Below, in pieces: positions 1 through 12,113 of a stretch of DNA of 64,000 bases. Below the pieces are notes generated by a model. It was given only the letters and a program-made list of their open reading frames with translations, searched no databases and was not told the DNA's origin. Position numbers and translations under genes: made by a program. The DNA is from Cyanophora paradoxa CCMP329. Taxonomy: Eukaryota; Plantae; Glaucophyta. Where the stretch lies: positions 148,461 to 212,460 of the forward strand of contig QPMI01000161.1 in assembly GCA_004431415.1 (NCBI GenBank), written 5' to 3'. Numbering within the stretch: position 1 is the first letter of the stretch; every line of letters begins with the position of its first letter.

Positions 1-3
1 CCG

Positions 4-642
4 GTGGCCGTGCTGGGCCCCCTCGCCGCCCTCCGCCGCCTCGCCGCGCCCCTCGCCGCCACCCTCCGCTCCCTCTCCTCCCGCCCCGACCGCCCCGCCC
101 GGACCGCTTCTCCCTCCGCATCCCCTACCCCACGCCCCGCCCCGCCCCGCCTCGCCCCGGCCCCTCCCGCCCCACCCTCGGCCCTCGTCATCGTCTCCCC
201 CTCGCCGGCCCTCCGTCGGGCCGCCTCGGAGCACGGGCGCGCCGCCGGCTGCTCCGCCGTCTTCGCTGCCGCCTCCCCGCGGCCGCCCGCGCTGCCCTCG
301 CCCTCCACCTCGCCGCCCCTGGCCCCGGCGCCGCCCTCCGCCGCCGCGGCGCCCGCCCTCCTCCTCGTCGACGCCCGCGCGCTGCCGCCGGCGCTGTCCC
401 CCCGGGACTCGGCCCCCCTGGCCGAGCTCTGCGCGGCCGCCCCGGGGGCCGCCCTCCTCCACCTCGCGCACCCCCTCTGCCCCTCCCCGGCGCCCCCGGC
501 CCCGCCCTTCCTCGCCTCCCTGCCCCGGCCCCTCTGCCCCGCCGCCCTCCTCGCCGCCCTCCTGCCCCCCTCCAGCGCCCCCTCGCCCGGCTCGGAGGTC
601 CCCCCTCTCCCCACCGCCTCGGCGGCTCGCGCTCAAGCCTGA
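4..642 (+). CDS. Possible 3' end of a gene; Pro/Ala-rich, weakly resembling a degenerate receiver domain
   Basis: Open frame to TGA at 642 with hydrophobic strands ALVIVS, ALLLVD, ALLHL and a terminal LPRPL..AALLAAL; low complexity makes the call weak. Confidence 0.25.
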   Translation: MAVLGPLAALRRLAAPLAATLRSLSSRPDRPARTASPSASPTPRPAPPRLAPAPPAPPSALVIVSPSPALRRAASEHGRAAGCSAVFAAASPRPPALPSPSTSPPLAPAPPSAAAAPALLLVDARALPPALSPRDSAPLAELCAAAPGAALLHLAHPLCPSPAPPAPPFLASLPRPLCPAALLAALLPPSSAPSPGSEVPPLPTASAARAQA

Positions 643-704
643 TGCCCTCACGGCCCTCCAAAGCCGGCGCGTGCCCCGCCGCCAAGTCCGCGGTAGAGGA
701 TGCA

Positions 705-731
705 ACACACACACACACGCGCGCGCGCGCG
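705..731. repeat. (AC)7(GC)6 compound microsatellite
   Basis: Read directly: acacacacacacac gcgcgcgcgcgcg. Confidence 0.9.
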
Positions 732-1574
732 GACTTTCATCGACTAGAAGGAGAATCTAATTTGCACGACGTCGGCGTGCACACTGCTCGTACTCGCTCG
801 CACCCGAATCGCCGTAGTGCGCGTCACTTTCGAATTCGCTGAATGTTTTTGCTTCTGACAGTGACTAAATATTTATATTTACATGTCCTAGTGGCGTTCA
901 ACGGTTGATGTAGGCAGGCCGCTTGGTCGGTTCAAACTCGCGAAACATAGTTCGACGGTTTCTTGCAAAAAAATGTACACGTAAACGTTCCCCCTGGGTG
1001 TACCTTAAGCTTAGTAGTGTCGACGTCATGTTCATTCTAATTACCAAAACAGCTATACTATAGCTAAGATATATTGTACTGTAATTATAACTTGTCAGTG
1101 ACAGCCGACTCGGCGAACTTCGGAAATCAATCTTTTCGCAACCGTTGAATTCGAACGTTAGCTATAGCGCGTAGTCGCCAGTTTCTAGATCTTTTTCCAG
1201 ATTCAATCGTAATGATTCCGAGCTCGATCCGATGATCGCGAGTTTTTTTGTCACAGTGTGTCCAAATATAATCATGCAACCACCGTGGCACGCCGTGACG
1301 TGCACCGTCCCGGTATACCGCGGTACTACGGTACGAGTTACTGAGTGAGACACCACCAGAGACCCCGGGCCCGACGTCGACAGTGACTGGCCAGGTGGTA
1401 CTCGCGATCGGTATGCATCTCAAATTTAAAGATGTGAATTCTTAGTTACATGCAGAACCCGAAGGCTCAAGATCACGAATATTCCAACTAGATCTCATGA
1501 ATATTACCAATAACTAGATCCTGATCACCACTCGAGCTCAGCACAGCGGCCTCTCCTGCAGTCTCCTGCAGAGG

Positions 1575-1608
1575 CCGGCTGTACTAGACTACCGGCTGTA
1601 CTAGACTA
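1575..1608. repeat. 17-bp tandem duplication ccggctgtactagacta x2
   Basis: Read directly; preceded by tctcctgcag x2. Confidence 0.85.
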
Positions 1609-1714
1609 GGTTACCAGGCTATGCAACTTGGCGGGAGCAATTGCAAGCAAGAAGCGTATACGCTCGCAGGGCACTGCGGATGCAGCAGGGGGCGCGTGGG
1701 CGCCGAGGCCAGCG

Positions 1715-4516
1715 CTATCGGGCGCCGGCAGAGGCGGCCTGCGGGCTGAAGGTGGCGGCTCGGAGGAGGCCCCCCCGGGGGGCAGCGGCTGGCTCGGGGG
1801 CGCGGGGCGGGGCGGCGGCTGCCGCCTCGGGCCTCGCGGCCGCTGCCCTCACCAAAGACGGGGAGAGGGAGCGGGCCTCGGCGGGCCCCTCCAGCTCCAG
1901 CAGCCGCCCCCGAGGCTGCCCCGACGTCGCCCCCTCCACGCCCGCCCCGCCCTGCCAGGCCGACCCCGAGGGCGAGCCGGCGGCGCTCGGGACGGAGGCG
2001 GAGGCGGGGCGGGGCGGCTGCGGGGAGAGGGAGATGGCGCGGCGCGTCGGGTCGCGCACGAGGCGCGAGAGGCCCCGCCCGATGCTCTGCAGCACCCGCT
2101 TCAACCGCGCCGAGCGCCTGCGCGGCTCCGGCGACGCCGCCGCCGCCGCCGCCGCCGCCGGCTGCTGCAGGGGGCCGCCGGCGGGGCGGAGGCGGGGGAG
2201 GCCGACGGGCTCTCCGGGGAAGAAGGGGCCTCCGACGCCGGCCAGCCGGCCCCGCTACCCCCGCCCCGCCCCTCTGCGAGGGCGTGCGGCTCGCGGCGAG
2301 GGAGCCGGCGACAGGGGTGCCCCGCCACTCCTCCGCATCCTCGCCCTCGCCCTCAGCCTCCGGCGGCTCGGGGTGGGGCACAGGGCGGGGTCGGGTACGA
2401 AGGAGGGAAGAGGGGGTAGGGGAGGGGCGCGCCGCGGGGGCGGCGAGCAGGGGGAGCCCCCGAGGGCCCGAAGAAGGAGTCCACGAGGGACTCTGCCGAG
2501 GGCGGCGCCGGCGGGGGCGGGGCCGGCTCGGGGGCGGGCGGGGGCGGGCGGTGCGAGGGGCCGGGGCCCCCGCCACGCGCCGGCCGGCCGCGCTCCGAGG
2601 CCGGGGGGTCCACGTCCGGGGAGCCGGGGAGGCGGGGGCCGGGGCCCACGCCGGCCTCGGGCGCCGGGCGCGCGGTGGCGCCGGGGGCGGAGCGGGAGGT
2701 GGGGAGGCACCCCGCGGGGGCAGGGGGAGCAGCAGGTCCCCGGGGGCAGGGCGGCGGGGGCCGAGAGCGAGGGTGCGCTCACGCGGGAGGAGGAGGGCCC
2801 GGAGGAGGGTGGTGGGGGAGGACGGGGAGGGCCCGCCGGGCGAGCGCCGCGTGCCGCCAGACGCTCGCCATCGCCGCCTCCACCGCCCCCTGCCCGCGCG
2901 CCCCGCCCCGTCCGAGTCAGAGCACCGCAGGCGCGGAAGCAACGCGGGGCGGGGCGGCGGGGCGGACCGGAGGGCGCGGCGGGTGTGGGCGAGGTCCCTC
3001 GCGGCGCCCGCCACCGCCGCCCGCGCCGCCTCGTCCGCACCGTCCCGCCCCGCCTCCAGCTCCTCCTCCCTGGCGCGACGCCGGTCGGCAGGTGAGAGAG
3101 GTTGGGGGCGGGGCGGGGCGCCTGGCGAGGGGCACCGGAGGCGGGCGGCGGCGGCGCAGCGGCGCTCGGCCTCCAGCAGCGCCGCGAGCTCGCGGCGCAG
3201 GGCCGAGCGCTCGACCTCGCGCACCAGCGCCGCGGCCGCCCCGTCGACGCGGTCGCCCTAGAGGACGAGGTGACGCTGGAGGCTCGAGACGGGCGGTGCG
3301 GCAGAGAGGGCCGACCTGGAGGCGGGCGAGGTGGACGGTGCGGGAGGGGCAGGCGACGCGGTGCGCCTCGACGGCGTCGCGCGTCCCCCGGAAGAGGCAG
3401 CCGTCCGCGGCGTACGCGCACGCCGCCCGCCCGCACGCCACGCCGTGCTCCGCGTGGTGCACCCGCAGCACCGGCCCGCACTCGCCCGCCCCGTTCGGGC
3501 ACGGCAGCGGCTCGTACGGGCAGACCGCGCGGTGCTGCGGGAGCCTGCGGGCGGCTCGGCTCGGTGGGAGCAGCGCGCGAGCGGCTGAGAAGAGGCGCAC
3601 TCGCGGAGGCAGACGCGGGCGGTGCAGCCGCGGATGGCGTTGGCGCAGGGCCCCGGCCGCAGCGCGCAGACCCGGTTGTGCTCCGCGCACTGGCGGCTGC
3701 GGAGGCGCTCCTGGCAGAAGGGGCACACCACCGGCCTCTCCGTGCACCGCAGCAGGTGCTGCGGCAGCTCCGAGCGCACGATCCGCCCGCACGTCCCGTC
3801 TGCGCCGCCCCGCAGCGCCCGAGGCCGAGTGAGGAGGCCGTAACGGGAAGGCGGCAGAGGGGAGGGGAGGCTGCGGGGCGGACCGCCGTGGGGGCAGGAG
3901 ACGGGGAGCCACGGGCACTCCTCGTCGTGCCTCTGGCGCTCGCTGAGCACGCCGGTCCACCCGCACCCTAAGTCGGCGCGCTTGCAGCGGATGCGCAGCC
4001 GCCCGATGGCCGCCTGCAGCTCCGGCAGCGGCCGCAGCGGCTCCTCCGGCTGCAGCGGCTGCCGGCACGACGGGCACGAGGGCGCGACCTGCAGCCACTT
4101 CCTGAGGCACCGCCTGCAGAAGCGGTGGTGCCGGCTGCACGCCTCCACGGGGCTGTCTGCGGGGCCGGAGGGTCGGCGGAGCGCGCGCCGCGTTCGTGGG
4201 CGAGGGGAGGGAAGCGAAGCGTGCGAGTCTCTCGCAGACGGAGGATCTGTTTCTAGGGCGATGGCGCAACCCGCCGTTCGCACGCCGGCAGCGGAGGGAT
4301 GGCCGGAAAGCGAAAACGACCCGGGTCGGATAGCGGGAGCCCCACGTAGGCGCAAGCGAAGACACACCTAGCACGTCGATACAGATGTTGCAGGTGTAGT
4401 CCTCTGGCGGCGCGTCGAGGAAGAGCGCCGAGCTGAGCGCGCCCAGCTGCAGGATCAGCGATCGGGGGCCTCACACTCGAGGCGAGTGGGGGCGGCCGAC
4501 GCAACTGGAGACCCAT
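1715..4516 (-). CDS. RING finger plus TRAF-type zinc-finger protein (putative E3 ligase), multi-exon; 3' end approximate
   Basis: Spliced MGLHSALFLDAPPEDYTCNICIDVL / SPVEACSRHHRFCRRCLRKWL..SCPSCR (RING), then IRCKRADLGCGWTG and repeated C-x-C..H..C TRAF fingers, then a coiled coil. Confidence 0.8.
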
Positions 4517-4799
4517 CTCAGCCGCGTTTCCTTGCGGCGCAGGGCGCTCCGCAGTTGCTTCGGAAGCGCCGGAAGCCCGAACGCTATCGATAAGCAACTG
4601 GGGGTTTCTTGTTGGCAGCCATTTGCAGCTGGGTCCTAGCTAGCTACAGCCGAGGCCGCCCCCGCTCGGGCCCGCCTCAGAGGTCCGCAACGCCTGCCAG
4701 CTTCTCGGTGTACCCCTGCAACCACGCTGCACGCTGCACGTGCACCGCAGACGGGCCCGGTGCACAGCTAGCATAGCTATTAAAAAGTAGAACGGCGCG

Positions 4800-7307
4800 A
4801 TGGGGTCGCGCACGAGGACCGCCAGCTTCGTGCCCGCGGCGCCTGCAGCTGCACCGCCGAGCGGCGTGGAGCTGCAGCGCAGCGGGTTCTTCCGCGGCGA
4901 CTGCGCCCTAGCGGTCCGCGCGAGGCGCGCGCGCCCGGTGCGGAACCGACGGCCGAAGGCCGCTGCGGCGCCGGCGGCCGCGGCTGACGCGGCGGTCTTC
5001 ACTGCGCCGAGCGCGGAGCTTGCGTCTGAAGAGCGCAAGAAGGTGGTCGTCGTGGGAGCCGGCTGGGCCGGCCTGGCGGCCGCGTACGAGCTCAGCAAGC
5101 GGCGGGACGTGGACGTGACCCTCGTCGAGGCCGGCAGCAGCGTGCGCCCCGCCCCGCCCCAGCTAGCGCTCCGCGCATCGGACCTGCCTTGACCGCGGCC
5201 TGCACCGTGCCGTGCTTGCAGCTGGGCGGGCTTGCGAGCGGGTGGCGGACGGCGCAGGGCCGGAGCGTCGAGGCGGGGGTGCACGGGTTCTGGCGGCAGT
5301 ACAACAACATCTTCCGCATCGTCGACGAGCTGGGGATCGAACCTTTCACGGACCCCGTCGAGCAGGCCTTCTACGGCCTCGAGCGCCTTGAGGCCGTCTG
5401 GTACCCCCGGCGCCCTGCCCCCCCGCCCCTCCCCCCCCCCTCCCCCCTCGATCTGAACGCCATAACTCCGCAGGCCGGTTTTCGGGAAGCTCCCTAAGCT
5501 GCCCGCCCCGCTGGGCTCCTTCCAGTACGTCAAGGTTCGAGTGGCCCCACCCGCCTCCTCCCCCCTGCCGCCGCACCTTGTACCCCCCCCTCCCCGCCTC
5601 CTCCCCCCCTGCCGCCGCACGTGCACCCTGTACCCTCCACTGTGTGACGCCCCAGCAGTACGAAACCGTACCCCTGGTGGACAGGCTGTCAGCGTGGGGC
5701 GCGATCGGCCCCCTCGCCGACTTCGACAACAGCAACGAGGCCTGGAGCCGCTACGACAAGGCGAGCGAGCGCCGTACCCCCCTCAAACTTCTCCCCACCT
5801 CAAATATAGACGAACCGGCCCAGATCTCGGCGCGGGATCTTTTCCGCGCCTGCGGCGTCTCGCGGCGGCTCTACGAGGAGGTCCTTAACCCGATGCTCCT
5901 CGTTCGTGCAGTACCCCCCGGCGCGGCCCGAGTCCCCGTGCCCCCTCAACCTTCCCCCCACTCCAGTTCGGCCTGTTCGCGCCGGGGGAGGAGTGCAGCG
6001 CGGCGGCGGCCCTCTCGATGTCCCTTTTCTTCATCCTGGGGCAGCACGACGCGTTCGACGCCCGCTACGCCAGGCGAGCGCGCGCCCTTTTGTTCGAGGG
6101 TGTACCCCTCGAGCTCTTCGTGGCGGTCTGGACTGAGATTGGTCCAGGGGCCCTGTCTCGGAGGTCATCTTCCGGCCGCTGCGGGAGGCGATCGAGGCGA
6201 GGGGGGGCAGACTCTGCTCGGGTACGCGCGTCGCGGACGTGCTGCTGGGCCCCGGCGGGGCGGCGGTCGGGCTCGCCTGCGAGGGGGCCTTCGAGGGGGT
6301 GCTGGAGTGCGACGCGGTCGTCTTCGCGGTGGGCGTGTCGGCCATGCAGCGCATCGTGGCGGGGAGCGCGGTCCGCCCTCCACCACCCCTCCCTTCCTCC
6401 TCTCCTCCATCATCCTTCTTCCCAGGCGCTCCGCGGCCGGCCGGACTTCCGGGCGGTGTCGGACCTGAGGGCAGTGGACTGCCTGGCGACGCGGCTCTGG
6501 CTGGAGGGCGGGGGGCCCCTGCCCCACGCCGCCAACGCCTGCCGCCACCCGGACCCCTCCACAGGGTGCCCCGCGTCCCGCCCGGCGGCCACCCCGCTCT
6601 CTGAAGCAGCGATGTGCCGCGGCAGGTTCACGGTCTTCGACGTGGGCCAGCTGCACGACGAGTACAGGGGGAGCTCGAGCTCGGGCGGCTCCGAGACGGT
6701 CCTCGAGGTCGACTACTGTTCGTGCCCCTCGCTCTTCGATGCCACCCGCCTGGGCGTCCCGCACGCGTGACCCCTCCTCTGGGGGCGCAGACCACAGCGC
6801 GCAGCTGCTGGCGCTGGACGACGAGGCGGCGGCGGCGCACTCGCTGGAGAACGTGCGGCGCATCTTCCCCCACCTCCGCCCCGCCCGCCTCCTCGACTCC
6901 GCCGTCGTCCGCCTGCCGCGCGCCGTCACCCACTTCTACCCGGGGTCCGCCCCTCCGCCCCTGCCTGCCCGCCCTCGTCCCTCTCCTTTCCTCACCTCCT
7001 CCCTTGCTTGGCTCGCAGGGCGCACCAGCACCTGCTGCGGGAGCGGACCTCCATCCCCAACGTCTTCGCCGCCGGCGACTGGGTCCGCGGCGGGGCCCGC
7101 ATGGAGGACGCCTGGTCCCAGGAGAAGGCCGCCGCCACGGGCCTGCGCGCCGCCGCCGCCGCCCTCGACGCCCTCGGCCTCCCGGGGCCCTGGCCCCGGC
7201 CCCTCCCCCTCGACGACCCCGAGCCCCACATCCTCGCCGCCCGCGCCGCCGCCGCCCGCCTCCGCGCCGCCCTCCCCGTCCCCCTGCCACCCGACTTCCT
7301 CTTCTGA
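4800..7307 (+). CDS. Plastid-targeted FAD-dependent oxidoreductase of the phytoene/zeta-carotene desaturase (amine oxidase-like) family, multi-exon
   Basis: VVVVGAGWAGLAAA Rossmann motif, GGLASGWRT..SVEAGVHGFW, C-terminal NVFAAGDWV..SQEKAAATG; N-terminal Ala/Arg-rich transit-like peptide. Confidence 0.85.
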
Positions 7308-7788
7308 TAGATACGCTCTAACAAATAACAATAACACCTCGCGCTACATTGCAAGGGGGGGTACCCCCTCCCTTGCTCCCCTGGTGAGTTGGTGCGGCGT
7401 ACTTTCTGTGTTAGCAATTTTTCTAAGATGCGATTCTTTGCATGCGCTCTCGTATAGGTGTGATCGCATCGTAGCCGCTGCGAGCGGCGAAAAAAAATGC
7501 AGGGGCGGGGCTGCGCAAACATGTCGAGGTCGCGCCTCACCTGCTATTGCTATACGCGCCGGACCACGTGCTCCTGATTGCTCTCGATGCGTTCTACAAA
7601 CTTTGTCATACATGCCCGGGCTCGAGAAGCGGCGTACGTCGCGCTAGACCGCCTCAGGTACCTGTTGTACCGGGCGCCGGAAAAAAGCGCTCCTGAGAGT
7701 TTGTGGAATTCGCTTTGACGCACCCCCCTGCAAGTGCACCCCCCTGCCGTACCCGTACTTCGTTCTCCTCAGAATCTCCTGCGTCGTC

Positions 7789-8199
7789 ATGGCCCTTCGC
7801 CCGGGGCCGCGGCCGACAGACGCAGTCGCAACTGAAGTTGAGCTGTGCTCGAGCTCGCGTCCTTGCTCCGACCCCCGCGGCTGCGGGAAGCACTTCACTC
7901 GGCAGGACAACCTGTACAAGCACATTCGTCAGTGCAGAAAGAAGGCGCCCGCGACGCCGCTTTCCGGTGCGCGCCGCTTGGCCGAGCTCGAGTGTGCGCC
8001 GATGGTTATGAGTGCCCCGCGCCCGCCGCCCGCAAGATCCGAGCTCGGCGTTTGCGATCGTTTCAGACATTCCACGCTCTTGCTCGCGCGCCTAGGTGAG
8101 CTCGCGCGCCTCCCGGCAATCCCGAGCTGGGCATGCACACTCGAGCTCGCCGACGGCTCTGACAAGGCCGCTCGGGTGCAGATCTTGCCATGTCGTTGA
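7789..8199 (+). CDS. Small ORF with a single C2H2-like (C2HC) zinc finger
   Basis: RPCSDPRGCGKHFTRQDNLYKHIRQC matches the C2H2 consensus, with Cys as the last ligand. Confidence 0.5.
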   Translation: MALRPGPRPTDAVATEVELCSSSRPCSDPRGCGKHFTRQDNLYKHIRQCRKKAPATPLSGARRLAELECAPMVMSAPRPPPARSELGVCDRFRHSTLLLARLGELARLPAIPSWACTLELADGSDKAARVQILPCR

Positions 8200-8234
8200 G
8201 CAATTCGTCTTGCGCATCTTCTAGATCCCATCCG

Positions 8235-8460
8235 GAAGGCGAGCTCGCGCGCTATAGGGCGTGCGCCGCGCGCGGCCACCTCTCTGACTGGGCGCCCGGT
8301 TGCAGATCGCGGCCTGCCGTCTGCTGTCGCTTCGAGCACTTCTTCTTCTTCTCAACCAGAAGGCGAGCTCGCGCGCCGGCCGCACAACTAGCGCCAAGAG
8401 CTCGTGCGGCGCGCGCGGCCACCTCTCTGACTGGGCGCCCGGTTGCAGATCGCGGCCTGT
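8235..8460. repeat. Imperfect direct repeat with a ~50-bp near-identical core about 143 bp apart
   Basis: cgcgcgcggccacctctctgactgggcgcccggttgcagatcgcggcctg occurs at ~8267 and ~8410. Confidence 0.85.
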
Positions 8461-8593
8461 CGTCGAACAGCTTCTCATGCGCATCTTCTTCTCAGCCCAC
8501 GGTGAGTTGCGCTCCCACTTCTCCGGTGGGGCCTCGAGCTTGGGCCGGGCGGCGCCGGGCTAGCCCCGCCCCCGTGCCACGGCTCTCCGGGGA

Positions 8594-9270
8594 GAGCTGA
8601 CGCCTCGGCCCTGCGCAGGCTATGCGCAGGGCCCGGCGCCACCTGCCGCTCCGCCCGCTTCCTCGCCCGCCGCCCTGCCGGCTGCTTCAGCTTCGTCGAC
8701 TCCAGGTTCGCCCCGCCTCTGCTGCTGCGCACCTGGCCCAGCCGCCCCCGCTGGGCCCCGCCCCCGCACGGCCGCTGTCCCGGGCGAGCTGACGCCTCGG
8801 CTCTGCGCATGCGCAGGCTATGCGCAGGTCCCGGCGCCACCTACCTCTCCTCCCGCTTTCCCGCCCGCCGCCCCACCGGCTGCTTCAGCTCCGTCGACTC
8901 CAGGACCCGAGTCCAGGTTCGCCCCGCCGGCGCCGCTGCTGCCACGCGGGTCACCCGGCCGACCTCGCTGGGCCCCGCGCCGGCACCGCCGCTGTCCGGG
9001 GCGAGCTGACGTATACGCGAAGGGCCCGGCGCCACCTGCCGCTCCGCCCGCTTCCTCGCCCGCCGCCCTGCCGGCTGCTTCAGCTTCGTCGACTCCAGGT
9101 TCGCTCCGCCGCTGCTGCTGCGCACCTGGCCCGGCCGCCCCCGCTGGGCCCCGCCCCCGCACGGCCGCTGTCCGGGGCGAGCTGACGCCTCGGTTCTGCG
9201 CATGCGCAGGCTACGCGCAGGGCCCGGCGCCACCTGTCTCTCCTTCGGATCCCGCTTTCCCGCCCGCCGC
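8594..9270. repeat. GC-rich tandem repeat of about 3.5 units (176-217 bp) with an A-B-A-B pattern
   Basis: Units start at gagctgacg at 8594, 8786, 9003 and 9179; the three full units share ggctgcttcagct.cgtcgactccagg. Confidence 0.85.
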
Positions 9271-9745
9271 CGCCGCCGCCAGCGTCGCCACCCCACCTAC
9301 GTATACCCGCCTCGCCACCCCGCCCGCCTCGCCCGGCCGCCCGCCTTCCGCATGCCTCTCTAGCTGCCCCTTCAGCCCCCCTCCCCTGCGCCCCCCGCCT
9401 CCCCCCCAAGTACATTGCAATGTGTACCAGTACCCCCCCTTGCACCTCCGCGCGCGGCCCGCACTTGCCGATCTTGCACAGGGCCGGGCGCGGTCTGCTA
9501 GTACACAGATCCAACATGCTCGGCATACACAATGTAGAAAAAGCGCTGTCCTGCGAAAAAACGATGGCGATGCGGGGCTCCACAGCAGATGGGAGGAGGC
9601 AAGATGGAGGAAGCGAGGGTGGGAAAAGCCCGTAAAAGGGATGCCGGAGAACTTGAAGCGGGGGCGGAGGCGGGGGTGGAGGCGGGCCTGGGCGACGCCC
9701 AAGGAAGCGAGGCGAGGCGAGGGGAACGGTCGCGTGGGGGAACGG

Positions 9746-10830
9746 TCACTTGTCCTCGCGGGAGGCGCGGATGACGAGGCGCTCGACGTCCTTCCAGCGC
9801 CCGGGGTCCACCCCGTAGAGCAGCGTCGGCGACCCCGCCCGCTTCGCCCGGCCCCCCAGCGCCGACCGGTCCCCCCGCGGCGTCCCGTCCTTCAGCTCCA
9901 GCTGCGCCCACTCCACCTGTACCCCGCAGGGGGTGAGGCGGGGAGGGGAGGGGGAAGCGGGCGGGGGGTACGGGACCGGACCTCCTTCAGGCCCTCCGTG
10001 AAGCACTTGGACTGCGGCCGGAGCTTGCGGCCCCGCGCGTAGTACATCTTCGCTGTGTTGTGCTTGCCCAGCGCCAGGCTGCGCGGCGGGGGGACGGAAT
10101 CAGCGGGGGATACGGCGATTCGGAAGGTGCAGGAAAGGGTCCCACTTGATCTCGGCCATAGCGAGGAGGCCGGGGCTGCGCGGCGCGGGCACGGCGAATC
10201 AGCAGGGGTACGACGGTCTGCGGGCAACAAAGGAGAATGGGTCACAGGTAATCCTTATCGGTAGCCATGCTTCGCTCCGCGTCCTTCAGCGCCTGGGACG
10301 GAATCAGTTGGGGTTTTTTTTGGAGGGGGGGGGGGGGGCAAGGGCATGTTGCACACGTCCTGGTACTGGCCTGCGGGCGGGCGGGGGCCGGTCAGCCGGG
10401 GAGGAGGAGATAGAAGGGGTGGGGGGGAAGTACCGAGAAAGAAGAAGCACTTGGAGCGACCCATGAGGCACGGCTGGTGGTCCTTGCGCATCTTGAGGGC
10501 CTGAGGGGGAGCGCAAGGCGCGTCGGCCTCGGGGCGCGGGCGCAGCGGGGAGGAGGGCGGGGGCCTGCGCGGCGTCGCCCCGCACCTGCGTGTAGTTGAT
10601 GATCGCTGAGCTGTACTTCTGCACCTTGTAGTCCGTCTCCGCCCGCTGCACGAACATGTCGCTGCCGAACGTCAGCCGCCGCGCCGCCGACGCGCGCCCG
10701 CGAGTCAAGGCCCAAGGACTAAAGGGGCGCACAAATAGTCATCCTCTGAGGCGGGGATGCCGCCGCCAAGCAAGTGGTTCGGTGCGGCTTTTAGGCGCTT
10801 CATCGAAAAGGCCTGCGTGCGCGTGAGCAT
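9746..10830 (-). CDS. TPR protein resembling the N-terminal TPRs of TTC25/ODAD4, multi-exon
   Basis: Spliced YSSAIINYTQ/ALKMRKDHQPCLMGRSKCFFFL/GQYQD/ALKDAERSM..LALGKHNTAKMYYARGRKLRP..FTEGLKE. Confidence 0.7.
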
Positions 10831-11462
10831 GGCGGCGAGCGGCGGGCACCGGCGCCGATTGGGGATGTCGCGGGATTGCACGTGTATCAGCATCGGCGGC
10901 CTGCGGGGTCGTTAGCACTACTTCCGCGCCCTTCTCACGCCGCTAGACGCGACCGCCAGGCCAGTCGCGCTACGATACAAGAGCTAGAAGATAACAGCTA
11001 AAAAGATGAAAGCCAACAAGCTCGCCCCGCCCCTCGAGCTCGTCTCTTGCCCGATTTCTCTCCAGCCGTCACGAGGTCGGAGGGCTCCGGGGGTTGTCTC
11101 TAGCCTAGCTCTTCAAAGGGCGACTGAAGCCTTTAGAGGCCCCGGGAACGCATTGCGGGCCCTTGCTCCTCACCGGAATTGTTGGCTCTCCCGGATGGGA
11201 GGGAGCTGGACGGGCATTTTCGCCGCCCGTCCCAGACGTTGGCAAGCGCTACAACTTGGCTGGCTGTGATGTGTGTGTGGAGCGAGGTGTGAGGTGATAT
11301 TGCGTACCCCCGCAGACGACCACTACAAAAGGCCCAGCAGATCGCGCGTCCGTGGTGCAGCGTGATTTTCAGCCAAATACTAGTCATTAACCTCGGCAAC
11401 CTCGGCCGCATTCGCCGCGTTCAAGCTCCGCGCGAGACGATCGCCCGCGACCGCTGGGCGAG

Positions 11463-12113
11463 ATGGGGCGGAAGAGCGCAGTCACGAAGTTCCCGTTGGT
11501 TTGCAGAACCTCGAATTCAGCCTTTGGCCTGCCCGCCTAGCCTTTTCGCTGAGTGCTTCCCGCCAGGCTCGGATCAAGAAGGTGATGCAAAACGACGAGG
11601 AGGTCGGCAAGATCGCCGCGAACGTGCCCGTCGTTGTCTGTATCCTGCACGCAACCGCGCTCTGAGATGTCAAACCGCTCGCTCGCTCTGTCGCTGCCGC
11701 ATCGTGACGAACCATTCAGCTCGAGCGCTGGAGCTGTTCATGCAGGACATCATCGAGAAGTCCACGGACATTACGCGCGCGCGAGGAGGCAAGATCCTGC
11801 AGGCCGGGCACGTGTGCGTCCACCCGCGCCTCTCTCGTTCGCTCCTTGGCCGACACCTTTGGGAGCGCAGAAAGGAGTGTGTCACGTCAAATGAGAGATT
11901 TGACTTCCTTTCGGACATCGTCGAAAAAGTGCAAGACGCGCCAGCAGCAGAAGAAGGAAAAAAGAAACCGAGGTGCGAAAGAAACCGTGAGTTGTAGGCC
12001 GCCGCTCATGGCGCGCGTCGGTCAGGAAACGGAAAGCGAAGGAGGAGGGAAGCAGCAGCGCCCCCGCGGGCACCGCAGAAAACGGCGAGGAAGAGGATGG
12101 AGACGGGAGTTGA
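11463..12113 (+). CDS. DRAP1: Negative cofactor 2 alpha (DRAP1/Bur6), histone fold
   Basis: MGRKSAVTKFPL/ARIKKVMQNDEEVGKIAANVPVVV/RALELFMQD..KECVTSNERFDFLSDIV. Confidence 0.9.
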
